Source: an uncultured delta proteobacterium
GTDB lineage: Bacteria; Desulfobacterota; RBG-13-43-22
Length of the DNA: 64,000 bases
Assembly: GCA_963790475.1 (NCBI GenBank)
Contig: CAWBOS010000010.1
Location: 1,760,001-1,824,000, forward strand
Direction: 5' to 3'
Part shown: positions 30,090 to 40,759 of the stretch, piece by piece
How the letters are laid out: each line of letters starts with the position of its first letter
Position numbering within the stretch: the stretch's first letter is position 1
The notes under the pieces: model-generated
Databases searched by the model: none
Seen by the model: only the letters and a program-made list of their open reading frames with translations
Told to the model about the DNA's origin: nothing
Made by a program: the position numbers and the translations under genes

Positions 30090-30180
30090 AGGCGATAGGC
30101 TATGGGCAATAGGCTATAAGAAATAAAATCAAAAGTACCATCATCTTAGCCCATAGCCTATCGCCTGGTGCCTATAGCCT
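30090..30180. repeat. Inverted heptamer tandem repeats
   Basis: AGGCGAT AGGCTAT GGGCAAT AGGCTAT, facing AGCCCAT AGCCTAT CGCCTGG TGCCTAT AGCCT. Confidence 0.75.
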
Positions 30181-30206
30181 GTTTTTAATCTAAAAGGAAA
30201 ACATCC

Positions 30207-31154
30207 ATGCTGCGCTGGTATATTCTAAGGAGGGTTTTACTTCTGGTGCCGACCCTCCTGCTGGTTTCGTTTTTTATCTTTAGTATCGTACGACTTCTGC
30301 CCGGAGACGTCGTCACGATTATGATCTCGGAACAGGGCTATGCGAACGATGAAACCGAACTGAGAAAAACCCTGGGGCTGGACAAACCGCTGGTCATCCA
30401 GTATGTCCTGTATATGAAAAATGTATTCAGGGGCGACTTGGGGAAATCCCTCTGGAGCGGGAAACCGGTCACGGAAGAACTCGCCAGGCGTCTGCCCACC
30501 ACCCTTCGTCTGGGTCTTATGGCCCTGTTTTGGACCATCCTGATGGGTGTGCCTATCGGGGTCCTCTCTGCACTCTACCAGGACCGATGGTCCGATTATC
30601 TGCTGCGCAGTGCGGCCATTGGCGGATTATCCATCCCAGGGTTCTGGATCGCCACCCTGATATTGGTCTTCGGTGCCATCTGGTTCCGATGGGTCCCTCC
30701 AATGGATTATGTCCCCTTCATGGAGAACCCCATAAAAAGTCTTTCCCAGCTTGTGGTTCCTTCTTTTATCATGTCCATCGCCCTTTCGGCCGGGATCATG
30801 CGTATGACGCGGACCATGATGCTGGAGGTCATGAAAGAAGATTATATCCGGACCGCCCGGGCCAAAGGACTGGCCGGCTGGGTGGTGGTGGTCCGTCATG
30901 CCCTGAAAAACGCCCTGATACCGGTCTTGAGCATTATGGGCATCCAGATAGCCGTGCTCATCGGGGGCACGGTGATCATGGAACAAATTTTCGTCCTGCC
31001 GGGCGTGGGGAAATACCTCATTGATGCCATCTCCTGGCGGGATTATCCGGCCATCCAGGGAATCAATCTTTTTATCTGCACCTGGATTATAAGCATCAAC
31101 CTCATCGTGGACTTGATGTATGGGTTATTTGACCCCAGAATCCGGTATCGTTAA
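30207..31154 (+). CDS. Peptide ABC permease (DppB/OppB-like)
   Basis: Motifs DYIRTARAKGL, HALKNALIP, DPRIR. Confidence 0.93.
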   Translation: MLRWYILRRVLLLVPTLLLVSFFIFSIVRLLPGDVVTIMISEQGYANDETELRKTLGLDKPLVIQYVLYMKNVFRGDLGKSLWSGKPVTEELARRLPTTLRLGLMALFWTILMGVPIGVLSALYQDRWSDYLLRSAAIGGLSIPGFWIATLILVFGAIWFRWVPPMDYVPFMENPIKSLSQLVVPSFIMSIALSAGIMRMTRTMMLEVMKEDYIRTARAKGLAGWVVVVRHALKNALIPVLSIMGIQIAVLIGGTVIMEQIFVLPGVGKYLIDAISWRDYPAIQGINLFICTWIISINLIVDLMYGLFDPRIRYR

Positions 31155-31266
31155 TAAAAAATCCCGTTTGTCGTTCGGTGAAACACAATTTTACTGTTTC
31201 GTGCCCCCCCCGATCTAAGCGGGCCAAGAGCACTTAATATGATTTATTGCCACAATAGGGGAAATT

Positions 31267-32208
31267 ATGGAATCCAGTTCTCAAGAAAAAATCATCGACC
31301 CCGAATCCGTACGTGTGGAAGAAATCATCGCCCCCCCGAAGAGGCATCACTGGCTTCTGGATTTATTTATCCAGTTGGTGAAGACCAAACCTCTCGGGGC
31401 CTTCGGCGGACTCTTAGTCCTGGGCATGGTCCTGGTGGCCATTTTGGCCCCGGTCATATCCCCTTATAATCCGGACACCATGCATGGAGAAAAAATCGTC
31501 GCCCCGCCCAGCAGTACCTTTTACTTAGGAACCGACGCCCTGGCCAGGGATATGTTTAGCCGAATTGCCTATGGGGCCAGGGTATCCATGACCGTGGGGC
31601 TTGGCGCTGTGGGCTTGAGCACCCTTTTGTCCACGATCATCGGCATTCTGTCCGGTTACTTCGGAGGGCTGTTCGACACGATCATGCAGAGATTTGTGGA
31701 CGCCATCATGTCCTTCCCCTGGCTGGTGATTATGCTCACGGTAATGGCTATATTGGGACCGGGGCAGTTGAACGTCATACTGGCTTTGGCCCTCGCCGGA
31801 TTTGCCGGGGCCTCACGGGTGGTCCGCAGTGCGGTCCTGGCTATCAAAGAAAGTGATTATGTAATGGCGGCCAAATCCGTTGGATGCCGTGATATTACCA
31901 TCCTGATCCGCCATATCTTCCCGAACGTAACCGCGCCCATCATTGTAATGGCCACTCTCGGTCTGGGTAATGCCATCCTGGCCGAGGCCTCTCTCAGTTT
32001 CCTGGGGTTTGGGGTTCCACCCCCGGCGGCCTCCTGGGGAAGGATGCTGAGCGGCGATGGAATGAATTACATGCTAAAGGGCCCCTGGCTGGCCATATTT
32101 CCCGGCCTGGCTATCAGTGCCGGGGTATTCGGCTTCAACATGTTGGGAGATGCCCTTCGGGACCTTTTGGATCCCAAACTGACCGGCGGAATGAGACTCA
32201 GGAGATAA
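31267..32208 (+). CDS. Peptide ABC permease (DppC/OppC-like)
   Basis: Motifs LGTD, YGARVS, EASLSFLG, GDALRDLLDP. Confidence 0.93.
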   Translation: MESSSQEKIIDPESVRVEEIIAPPKRHHWLLDLFIQLVKTKPLGAFGGLLVLGMVLVAILAPVISPYNPDTMHGEKIVAPPSSTFYLGTDALARDMFSRIAYGARVSMTVGLGAVGLSTLLSTIIGILSGYFGGLFDTIMQRFVDAIMSFPWLVIMLTVMAILGPGQLNVILALALAGFAGASRVVRSAVLAIKESDYVMAAKSVGCRDITILIRHIFPNVTAPIIVMATLGLGNAILAEASLSFLGFGVPPPAASWGRMLSGDGMNYMLKGPWLAIFPGLAISAGVFGFNMLGDALRDLLDPKLTGGMRLRR

Positions 32209-33200
32209 TGGAAAATACACCGACCATAAGAAAACCCATTCTGGATGTGGAGGGATTGGATGTCAAATTCTACCTCCGCGATGGTACGCTTAATGCGGTA
32301 CGGGATATTTCTTTCGCCCTCTTTCCCGGGGAATCCCTGGGGGTGGTGGGGGAAAGCGGCTGCGGTAAATCGGTCACTTTCCTTTCGGTGATGCGTTTGA
32401 TCCAGGTTCCTCCCGGAAAAATCCAGGCTACGACCCTTAAATTTGACGGAGCGGACCTCTTAAAACTGTCCGAAAAAGAGATGCAGCGGATCCGGGGAAA
32501 CCGGATCTCCATGGTCTTTCAGGACCCCATGACCTCCTTGAATCCGGTTTTGACTATCGGGAAACAGATGCAGGAGGTCATAAAACTTCATTTGAAATTA
32601 AAGGACGCGGCTCTGGAAGATCGCTGTATAGAGCTCCTGACCAAGGTCGGCATTTCGGAACCGCAAATGAGACTTCGCTCCTATCCGCACCAGCTAAGCG
32701 GGGGATTGAGACAACGGGTCATGATCGCCATAGCCCTTTCCTGTAATCCCACCATCCTGCTGGCCGATGAGCCGACTACGGCTCTGGACGTCACCATTCA
32801 AGATCAGATCCTTCGCCTGATTCGGGCGCTGGCCAGGGACCTGGGGGCGGCCACCGTTCTGATCACCCATAACTTCGGTGCCGTGGCCGGAACGACCGAT
32901 CGCATTATGGTCATGTATGCCGGAAAGATTGTTGAAACGGCAACAACTCCCGAACTCTTCAGGAATCCCCTTCACCCCTACACCAAGGGGCTGCTTAAAT
33001 CCATTCCCCGAGTGGACAAGGAAACCCAGGGAAGGCTTTTTTCCATCGCCGGTGCCCCCCCCGATCTCATGCGTGAACTGGTCAAAGGCTGCGCCTTTGT
33101 CGCCCGATGCCCAATAGGAGACGATTCTTGTTATCGTTATCTCCCTCCTTTTAATGAAATAAAACAGGGACACTACGTTTCTTGCTGGAAGGTTTTCTAA
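32208..33200 (+). CDS. Peptide ABC ATP-binding protein (DppD-like)
   Basis: Motifs [24 protein letters not shown]. Confidence 0.95.
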   Translation: MENTPTIRKPILDVEGLDVKFYLRDGTLNAVRDISFALFPGESLGVVGESGCGKSVTFLSVMRLIQVPPGKIQATTLKFDGADLLKLSEKEMQRIRGNRISMVFQDPMTSLNPVLTIGKQMQEVIKLHLKLKDAALEDRCIELLTKVGISEPQMRLRSYPHQLSGGLRQRVMIAIALSCNPTILLADEPTTALDVTIQDQILRLIRALARDLGAATVLITHNFGAVAGTTDRIMVMYAGKIVETATTPELFRNPLHPYTKGLLKSIPRVDKETQGRLFSIAGAPPDLMRELVKGCAFVARCPIGDDSCYRYLPPFNEIKQGHYVSCWKVF

Positions 33201-34186
33201 TGCAGACAGGTAATCAAAAATTACTTCAAGTTAAAGAGATGAAGGTCCATTTTCCTATAAACCTTGGTGTCCTCGGCAAGGGCAAAAAACTATTCATCAA
33301 GGCGGTGGACGGGATCAGTTTTGATCTGGAAGCCGGGGAGACCCTCGGGCTCGTGGGAGAAAGCGGCTGCGGAAAATCGACCACCGCCAGGGGCGTGCTT
33401 CAACTTTATCGACCTACCGCCGGACAGGTTTTTTTCCAGGGCAGGGATCTATGCCTGGAGAAAGGGAATGCTTTAAGACGCAAACGCCAGTCCATGCAAA
33501 TGATCTTTCAAGACCCTTATTCTTCCCTCGATCCCCGCATGACCGTAAGGGAGATCATTGGGGAGCCCATGAAAGTCCACGGGGTCCCGGATAGGAAGAA
33601 AGAACGCATGGAAAGGGTACTGGAACTGATGAAGCTGGTGGGTTTAAACCCTACCGATGTGCATCGTTACCCCCACGAATTCAGCGGGGGACAGAGGCAG
33701 CGGATCGGCATCGCCAGGGCCCTGGCCGTCCGTCCGGAATTTATCGTCTGCGACGAACCGGTTTCCGCCTTGGACGTCTCTATTCAGGCCCAGGTCATCA
33801 ATCTGCTGGAAGATCTCAGGGAACAATTCAACCTGACTTATCTTTTTATTTCCCATGACCTATCGGTAGTAAAGCATATCAGTCACCGGGTGGCCGTCAT
33901 GTATCTTGGGGTTATGGTGGAACTGGCGGAAAAGAACGAGCTCTTCTCCCGGCCCTTCCATCCCTATACCCAGGCCTTGTTGTCATCCATACCGGTCCCG
34001 GACCCGGTAGTTGAAAACCAGAGAACCGCTATTGCCTTAGAAGGGGAAATACCCAGCCCCATATTCCCCCCTCCCGGGTGCCGGTTTCACCCCCGGTGCA
34101 AGCGGAGAGAGAAAGTCTGCTCGGAGACGACCCCGGTCTGGAAGGAAGCCGCTTCCGGACACTTTGTCGCCTGCCACATCGTCTGA
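33200..34186 (+). CDS. Peptide ABC ATP-binding protein (DppF-like)
   Basis: Motifs [24 protein letters not shown]. Confidence 0.95.
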   Translation: MQTGNQKLLQVKEMKVHFPINLGVLGKGKKLFIKAVDGISFDLEAGETLGLVGESGCGKSTTARGVLQLYRPTAGQVFFQGRDLCLEKGNALRRKRQSMQMIFQDPYSSLDPRMTVREIIGEPMKVHGVPDRKKERMERVLELMKLVGLNPTDVHRYPHEFSGGQRQRIGIARALAVRPEFIVCDEPVSALDVSIQAQVINLLEDLREQFNLTYLFISHDLSVVKHISHRVAVMYLGVMVELAEKNELFSRPFHPYTQALLSSIPVPDPVVENQRTAIALEGEIPSPIFPPPGCRFHPRCKRREKVCSETTPVWKEAASGHFVACHIV

Positions 34187-34317
34187 AAAGAGAGCCTCCC
34201 TCACAGTTGCATACAATTTCGTTCAATGCCAAATTGAACAGGGCATTATATTTATTTGTTTTGTGATTTTGTTTATGTTGGAGGATATCCCTATTGGCCC
34301 CTTCCCTCCGAACGTCA

Positions 34318-34363
34318 AATCCCCCCTGCCCCCCTTTACTAAAGGGGGGTTCGGGGGGATTTA
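34318..34363. repeat. Extragenic palindromic element
   Basis: AAATCCCCCC...CCCCCTTTACTAAAGGGGGG...GGGGGGATTT nested hairpin between convergent genes. Confidence 0.65.
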
Positions 34364-34449
34364 TGCGTATCCCCAAAATATCTTTAACGTCTTTTTATTC
34401 AACGTTTGAGTCCCATTTCTTCCGCCAGCGTTAGAAAAAATACCTCCGG

Positions 34450-35472
34450 CTACTTTTTATGTCGGGCATAAAAATCCAGATAAAATTCCATATTTTTTTT
34501 CAACAGTTCCGGAGTATCCAGGTTGTAAGGGCATTGCTCCTTGCAATTTCCGCATTCCGTGCAATCTTCAATTTTCATCATTTCCGATTTCCAATCGTCT
34601 TCTAAAAATCTCGCGTAAGGAGATCGCATCAGAAGAAGGGAAAGGCGGGCGGCGGTGTTGATGGGGATTTCAGCCGGACAGGGCATACAATAGCCGCATC
34701 CCCGGCAAAAATCTCCTCCCAGTTCCAGGCGGTCTTTTTCGATGGCCTTCAACATTTCTTCATTAAGCCGGGGAGGATTTTTTTCGAGATCGATAAATTG
34801 ATCCAGCTCCGTTTCTCTCTGGATGCCCCAGATGGGTGCCACATTCTCGTACTGATTCAGAAAGGCTACAGCGGCCGGGATGTTGGTAATCAAACCGCCG
34901 CTGAGGGCTTTCATGGCGATAAAACCCAGATCGGATTGTTTACAGGCTTCCACTAATTTTAAATCGTCTTCGGTGGCCAGGAGACTCAAAGGAAATTGGA
35001 TCGTGTCGAAAAAGGAAGACTGTACAGCCTCCATGGCCACCGGGCGCCGGTGATTGGTGATGCCGATAAAACGGAGCAATCCCTTTTCTTTCGCTTTCAG
35101 CAAGCCATCATAAAGCGATTCAGGATCCTCTCTATCCGGCAATTTCTCGGGATTATGAAGCTGATAAATATCGATGTAATCCGTTTTCAATGTTTTCAGA
35201 CTTGTTTCCAGATTTTTTTCCAGGCCCTCTTTTTTACGAGCGTGGGTTTTGGTGGAAATGACGATATTTTTTCGGACGCCGGACAGGGCCTTCCCTATTT
35301 TTTCCTCGCTGTCCGAGTAGGCCCTGGCCGTATCATAATAGTTTATCCCGTTATCATAGGCCTTCCGTAGAATTCGAACTGCTTCATTCATTTCCACCCG
35401 CTGGAGCGGTAAAACACCAAAGGCCGGTTTGCTGACCATGAGACCGGTTCTGCCCAATCTGATTCTTTTCAT
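34450..35472 (-). CDS. Aldo/keto reductase with C-terminal 4Fe-4S dicluster
   Basis: Motifs DTARAY, YIDIYQLH, CRGCGYCMPCP, CTECGNCKEQCP. Confidence 0.92.
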   Translation of the reverse strand: MKRIRLGRTGLMVSKPAFGVLPLQRVEMNEAVRILRKAYDNGINYYDTARAYSDSEEKIGKALSGVRKNIVISTKTHARKKEGLEKNLETSLKTLKTDYIDIYQLHNPEKLPDREDPESLYDGLLKAKEKGLLRFIGITNHRRPVAMEAVQSSFFDTIQFPLSLLATEDDLKLVEACKQSDLGFIAMKALSGGLITNIPAAVAFLNQYENVAPIWGIQRETELDQFIDLEKNPPRLNEEMLKAIEKDRLELGGDFCRGCGYCMPCPAEIPINTAARLSLLLMRSPYARFLEDDWKSEMMKIEDCTECGNCKEQCPYNLDTPELLKKNMEFYLDFYARHKK

Positions 35473-35570
35473 GATGATTTTTCTCCTGATTTAATAATAA
35501 AAACTTTTTTACCGCTGGGACGCAAAAAAAACCTTTTTTTGAGATAGCTTCCTGTTTTCATTTCCCCTCC

Positions 35571-35813
35571 GTGTCTTTGAGTCTCTGCGGGAGAAAACAC
35601 CGGGGGACTATTTGGCTGGAGGCCAGAGATGGTTTGTTCAATCCCGCCTCTCATAGGATTGAACAAAAATGATCCTCTTTGCGTCCTTTGCGCCTTTGCG
35701 GTGAAAATAATTTCTTTTCAAACAGCTAACGGGTTACAATATTTTTATAATTTCCACAAATTTTCCCACAAATCAAAAAACCCACGCTGTGTCCTCTTTG
35801 GCTCTGTGGTGAA
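35571..35813. repeat. Cluster of 9-mer tandem microrepeats
   Basis: CTTTGCGTC CTTTGCGC CTTTGCGGTGAA; CTGTGTCCT CTTTGG CTCTGTGGTGAA; GTGTCTTTGAGTCTCTGCGGGAGA. Confidence 0.55.
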
Positions 35814-35834
35814 CAGGACTCCTCTTGTCCCCCG

Positions 35835-36635
35835 TCATCCGACTTTGCCGCATTGACCGCCGTCTACCGGCAGTACCACTGAGGTAATGAATTTGGCTTC
35901 GTCCGAAACCAGGAAAAGGGCGGCATAAGCGATGTCCCAGCCCGAGCCCATCCCTCCTTTTAAAGGAACCATGCTGTCTCTTTGCTGAATCAGTTGTTCC
36001 TTACTGATTCCTCGGGAAGTTGAAATCCCTTCAATGGCCATGGGGGTTTTCATCAGGCCGGGCATAATGGCATTGACCCGGATCCCGTTCTTGGCATACT
36101 TCATGGCCACGGAATGGGTCAGGGCATTGAGTGCGGCCTTGGAAGTCTTATAAGCCAGCATGGAGGTATTGGCTACCGCCGCCACTGAAGAGATATTCAG
36201 GATGGAGCCGCTGCCCTGTTTTTCCATGACAGGCAGGACATATTTGCAGGTCATAAAGGCACTTTTGACATTGGTATTGTAGATCCGATCCCAGACCTCT
36301 TCTTTTAATTTCACCGGGCCGAAATCCTCCCCCCCGATACCAACATTATTTACCAGAATATCGATTCGCCCAAAAACTTCCACACACTTCTCGGCAATTC
36401 TCCGACAGTCATCGATTTTAGTGACATCGGCGGCAAAGGTCGAAGCCGTTCCGCCTTCCTTTTCGATCATGGCCTTGGTATCCTCAGCGGAATCCAGACG
36501 GCGATCCACCAGTAAGACCTTGGCCCCAGCCCGGGCAAATAGAACAGCCATGGCCCGGCCGTTGCCTATCGTATCCCCCGGTGTTTGACCGGCACCGGTG
36601 ACAATGGCCACTTTTCCCTGTAATCGTTGATCCAT
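35835..36635 (-). CDS. SDR family oxidoreductase
   Basis: Motifs IVTGAG, NNVG, YKTSK, VDGG. Confidence 0.93.
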   Translation of the reverse strand: MDQRLQGKVAIVTGAGQTPGDTIGNGRAMAVLFARAGAKVLLVDRRLDSAEDTKAMIEKEGGTASTFAADVTKIDDCRRIAEKCVEVFGRIDILVNNVGIGGEDFGPVKLKEEVWDRIYNTNVKSAFMTCKYVLPVMEKQGSGSILNISSVAAVANTSMLAYKTSKAALNALTHSVAMKYAKNGIRVNAIMPGLMKTPMAIEGISTSRGISKEQLIQQRDSMVPLKGGMGSGWDIAYAALFLVSDEAKFITSVVLPVDGGQCGKVG

Positions 36636-36997
36636 TTTTCTTCCTTTCCTGGGTAAAGTTTTTTTCGATAAACATACTATTAGTATTAAAAATATTTTTC
36701 AAGATAATCTTCTCTTTTCCATATCCTCACGCCGAGACAATCCTCGGTTTGATCTCAACAGCCGTTTAAAGCCTACCCCCTACCCTCTTTAGCCTCAATC
36801 AATCTAAGCCGCACCTATTTTCTTCGAATCCTCCCCTTGAAAATAAATTGTCAAGCAAATATTTATCTTTTATAATGGGTTACCTTGATTTTGGAAGGTT
36901 TGTCGTCCTATTGAAAGGACAACAACAGCCAATAGCCACTGTTACCTTCCCGAAGGGATACCTTAAGTTGGAGAGTTTTACGGAAACTTCAGAACAA

Positions 36998-37106
36998 CTG
37001 GTTGCCGCCGCCGCAGGCGGCACCAACCAGGCCATTGGACACCGATGTCACTTGCTTGCAGGTCTTCGACCCCAAGCGGCGTGCCACGGGCAACGCCACA
37101 TTAGCC
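36998..37106 (+). repeat. ORF-less attC-like unit, copy 3 (ATT core)
   Basis: CACCAACCAGGCCATTGGACACCGATGTCA is identical to copy 1; ends CAACGCCACATTAGCC. Confidence 0.8.
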
Positions 37107-37121
37107 ATAAAGGATCAGCCT

Positions 37122-37487
37122 ATGCAGTACCTGAAACACATTCTTGAAACTTTAGATATCAAGAACCGGCAAGATTTTCATGACCACATAGCAAAACTCT
37201 CCGCCGCAGTCGCACCACCGGATAGCCCACTCAGCTTGCACACTAGGGCAACTTTGAAGATCTTGGGAAGCGATCGTGAGCCGGGAAGTCTAGTTGTCGG
37301 ACCACCTGTCCTTAAACTTGCGGGTATCATGCAGGGAACATTCCTTGACGCTCAGGAAATCAAAGTCCTTAATACAAAAACAGCACCCATATCACTTTCG
37401 AATATGGGAATTGCCGCCGTTGTACCAGCGTACAAGCTTCATGACCTTCTATATTCCAAGGAATTGAAGCTACAGAGGGGGTTTTAG
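37122..37487 (+). CDS. Cassette hypothetical protein, possibly deleted or chimeric
   Basis: AGGA RBS; lies between attC-like sites; C-terminus NMGIAAVVPA resembles trypsin-like protease tails. Confidence 0.45.
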   Translation: MQYLKHILETLDIKNRQDFHDHIAKLSAAVAPPDSPLSLHTRATLKILGSDREPGSLVVGPPVLKLAGIMQGTFLDAQEIKVLNTKTAPISLSNMGIAAVVPAYKLHDLLYSKELKLQRGF

Positions 37488-37496
37488 GCCATTATC

Positions 37497-37562
37497 GGCC
37501 AACAAGGTGCTGAACCGGATCGTGGCAAAAGGCGGCCACTCCCGCTGAAGCCCATGTTGGCG
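37497..37562 (+). repeat. attC site (somewhat degenerate)
   Basis: GGCCAAC-AAGGT-GCTGAACC...GTGGC/GCCAC...GTTGGCG. Confidence 0.7.
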
Positions 37563-37576
37563 CAAGGAAAGACAGA

Positions 37577-37831
37577 TCAATAGTGGTATCGCAATTGAGC
37601 TATATGAATGGAATCTTCTGACACTTTATAAACGAATCTATGTTCATCTGTGATACGTCGAGACCAATAACCAGAAAGTGCATGTTTGAGCGGCTCCGGT
37701 TTGCCAATACCCTCCAAGGGATTTCTCATGGTCTCTTTAATCATTGTGTTGATGCGGCGAAGGATTTTCCTGTCGGTGCTTTGCCAAAAAAGATAATCTT
37801 CCCAAGCGTGATCAGAAAAAATGACCTTCAC
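37577..37831 (-). CDS. yoeB: Txe/YoeB toxin
   Basis: AWEDYLFWQ, GIGKPEPLKHALSGYWSRRITDEHR, RYHY. Confidence 0.95.
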   Translation of the reverse strand: MKVIFSDHAWEDYLFWQSTDRKILRRINTMIKETMRNPLEGIGKPEPLKHALSGYWSRRITDEHRFVYKVSEDSIHIAQLRYHY

Positions 37832-38079
37832 TCGATCAGCTCCCTTTCAGCGCCTTCGCCTCTTTCAAGCTGGGCAATTGATTCGACCAGCCGTCTGGTA
37901 TTTTTAGGTGATCGCAAAAGGTAGGCAGTTTCTTCAAGGGCCTCATAGTCCTCAAGGGACATAATGATTACAGAATTAGAAGATTTTCGAGTGACGACCA
38001 CCGGGGAATGGTCCCTGCACACTTTTTCCATTGTTTTCGCAAGGTTTTGTCTTGCAGCCGTATAGGTAATTGCGTCCAA
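37828..38079 (-). CDS. yefM: YefM/Phd antitoxin
   Basis: TYTAARQNLA, MSLEDYEALEETAYLLRSPKN; TTG start with GGAGG RBS. Confidence 0.95.
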   Translation of the reverse strand: MDAITYTAARQNLAKTMEKVCRDHSPVVVTRKSSNSVIIMSLEDYEALEETAYLLRSPKNTRRLVESIAQLERGEGAERELIE

Positions 38080-38093
38080 GTGGCACCTCCCAT

Positions 38094-38114
38094 ATTGTAC
38101 GGTTTATTGTACAA
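38094..38114 (-). promoter_or_regulatory. YefM-type operator
   Basis: Two TGTAC(A) cores 12 bp apart just upstream of yefM. Confidence 0.65.
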
Positions 38115-38146
38115 CAATAAGGATGAAAGTCAAGTTTAATTTTAGA

Positions 38147-38194
38147 CCCCCACCAGGCCTTTCACCCGATGAACGGGGGAGGCAAATGTTATTC
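38147..38194 (+). repeat. Highly degenerate attC
   Basis: CAC-CAGGC-CTTTCACC...GGGGGAG-GCAAAT-GTTATTC; spacing is attC-like but AAC is lost. Confidence 0.4.
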
Positions 38195-38208
38195 ACAATA
38201 GGAAGAAA

Positions 38209-38990
38209 ATGAAATTCATTCATGCCATATTTAATTTATTTATCATAGCGGTACTCCCCTTATTCATTAATGGGTATTCTTATGCCGAAGATTCTGACTT
38301 GGCAAAATTGTTTCAATCACGTGGAGTAGAAGGTACAATCATTATCGATTCTTTAGACAGCAAGAAAACCTATGTCTACAATGAGATCCGTTCCGAAGAA
38401 AGATTCTCACCGGCCTTGACCTTTAAAATTTTAAACACCCTTATTGCACTTGAAGAGGGGGCTGTTAAAAATGAGAAGGAAGTAATCAGATGGGATGGAA
38501 AAGATAGAGGACTTGACGCCTGGAACAAAGACCAAACTCTTGAAACTGCTTTTCCTATATCATGTGTATGGTTTTATCAGGAGCTTGCCAGACGAATCGG
38601 TAACGAAAAATATATAACCCATCTAAAAAAAGCTGAATGGGGCAATCAAAAAGCCAGCCTTGAGGTAACTACTTTTTCGCTTAAGGTGATCTAAAGATAT
38701 CCACCAAAGAACAAATAGATCTTCTAAGAAGGTTATATGAAGAGAAAATCCCATACGAAAAATCCTATATTCAATTATTGAAGAAAATTATGATCGTGGA
38801 AGAAAATCCTGAATATACAATCAGAGCTAAGACAGGGACTAATTCCCAGTTAGCCTGGTATGTTGGGTATGTTGAGACAGCAAAAGAGGTCTGGCTTTTT
38901 GCAATGAATATCACAATAAAGAAGAAGGGGGATGAAGCATTCCGAAAAGAAATTACAATGGGAGCTTTGAAATTAAAAGGAATATTATGA
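38209..38990 (+). pseudogene. Class D beta-lactamase (OXA-like), inactivated
   Basis: PALTFK in place of PASTFK; SCVW, WGN, AKTG motifs; frameshift near 38680 continues GDLKISTKEQI. Confidence 0.85.
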
Positions 38991-39074
38991 TGGCTGAAAT
39001 TAGTTCCAACCTGATACTGCTGGCACTTTGGCGGCAGTCGGGTATCGGTGCTCATAGAGGAAACAGGTGTTCCC

Positions 39075-39833
39075 ATGAAAATAAGAAAAAAGATCGCCGA
39101 AGCCCGGACCCCCGATGGAAGCGAAATGGCGCTGTATCAGCATGACCGTGACTTTTTTATAACGGTCAACGGTCAAGATCTTATGCACAGCCGCCAATAC
39201 GAATCGGAGCTGGAACTGGCCCGGCTGGGCTGCAGGCACCTGGCTGGTCACCAGGCGCCCAGCATACTTATCGGCGGCTTAGGGATGGGCTATACTCTGC
39301 GCCAGACGCTCGATATGCTCGGTCCTCACGCCCGAGTGATGGTGGTTGAACTGGTTGGTGCCGTGGTCGAATGGAACCGTGAGTTTCTCGGGGCACTCAA
39401 TGACCAGCCTCTGAGGGACCAACGCGTTGATCTCGTGACGGGCGATATCTTCGGACTTATCTCGCGTTCCAATAGTCAATTCGATGCGATCCTGCTGGAT
39501 GTCGACAACGGTCCCGAGGCGATGACGGATTCAGGCAACTATCGCTTATACGGTCATGAAGGAATTCAAGCTTGTCGCCGCGCACTTGCCAAAAAAGGCT
39601 GCCTGGCGGTGTGGTCGGCGGATCCAAACAAAAAATTCGAGCAGCTATTGGTGCGCTGCGGCTTTCAGGTACGTCGTTTCCGGGTTCCCGCCAGTAAGGG
39701 AAGTAAATCGGCGTCACGTTTCGTCTGGGTCGCTTCGGAGGACAAGACGATCCTTCCTCCGGGTGGTGGCGAGCCCTGCCTGCCGGAAAAGAATATTTCG
39801 AATAAATATCGCCAACGGCCACGAAAGCGATGA
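39075..39833 (+). CDS. Spermidine synthase-like SAM-dependent methyltransferase
   Basis: Motifs LIGGLGMGYTL, FDAILLDVDNGP, LAVWS. Confidence 0.85.
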   Translation: MKIRKKIAEARTPDGSEMALYQHDRDFFITVNGQDLMHSRQYESELELARLGCRHLAGHQAPSILIGGLGMGYTLRQTLDMLGPHARVMVVELVGAVVEWNREFLGALNDQPLRDQRVDLVTGDIFGLISRSNSQFDAILLDVDNGPEAMTDSGNYRLYGHEGIQACRRALAKKGCLAVWSADPNKKFEQLLVRCGFQVRRFRVPASKGSKSASRFVWVASEDKTILPPGGGEPCLPEKNISNKYRQRPRKR

Positions 39834-40081
39834 CTGCAGCGTATTAGGGAACCAGTATATTCTGGCCGTGTAACGCTCTTCGACGTTATTTATTCGAAGG
39901 CTATCACGACAGGGTGTTAACAGATGGGGGGAATTGAAATTTGAAGGCCTGCCAAGCCCTATAAGATCATGAAGTTCGAAAACGTAATCGGCAGGGGGAC
40001 GAAGCAAAATCTGCAATTTTTGAAGGCCTGGTCACAATAAACGAAAAAGATCGAAACAAGGAAAGGGAAGAGGATTTTGGT

Positions 40082-40540
40082 TTGCTGCACATCTTTGTAG
40101 ATGCGGATGCCTGCCCGGTCAAACAGGAGGTATACCGCGTCGCAAGTCGATTTCACCTGGAAGTTACCTTGGTGGCAAATTCCTGGATGCGGGTCCCGGA
40201 TGAACGATGGATCGCACTCGAAGTTGTAAAGGACGGGTTCGACGCAGCCGATGACTGGATTGTCGAACACGTGCAAACTGAAGACATCGTCGTCACTGCC
40301 GACATTCCGCTGGCCGGCCGCTGTATAAAAAAAGGCGCACGGGTCATCGGTCCAACCGGAAAGCCGTTCACGGAAGACAATATCGGCATGGCGGTGGCGA
40401 GCAGAGACCTGATGTCTGCGCTGCGTAGCGCTGGAGAAATAACGGGCGGGCCTCCGCCTCTAACAAAACGTGACCGGGCACGGTTTCTTGAACAGCTCGA
40501 CAACGTGATTCAATCCATCCGTCACCAGCATTCGAAATGA
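40082..40540 (+). CDS. YaiI/YqxD (UPF0178) family protein
   Basis: Motifs IFVDADACPVK, DAADDWI, VTADIPLA. Confidence 0.92.
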   Translation: MLHIFVDADACPVKQEVYRVASRFHLEVTLVANSWMRVPDERWIALEVVKDGFDAADDWIVEHVQTEDIVVTADIPLAGRCIKKGARVIGPTGKPFTEDNIGMAVASRDLMSALRSAGEITGGPPPLTKRDRARFLEQLDNVIQSIRHQHSK

Positions 40541-40730
40541 CAAAACCGAAAATTGACCCCCTCAAGTCTTTCCAAATTTCATAGGATGGACTTTCCTTAG
40601 CGCTTTTTGCGACCGTTTAAAGAATAGTTTTGCATCATCGTCTCCTATTTTCATTTAAAGAAGACTTCTTGCCCCTTATTTTCCATTTTTTTCATCCTTT
40701 TTTTGCTACCACAATCCATTTTTTTTCTTC

Positions 40731-40759
40731 TTGACCCTGACTTTTGCTCATTTTATAAT
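40731..40759 (+). promoter_or_regulatory. Sigma70-like promoter upstream of the Mo-oxidoreductase operon
   Basis: TTGACC-N17-TATAAT. Confidence 0.55.

Noticed and set aside
39000-39050. Possible attC after the OXA-like gene
   Set aside because: TTCCAAC and a short stem are present, but there are no L boxes or GTT at the right spacing.
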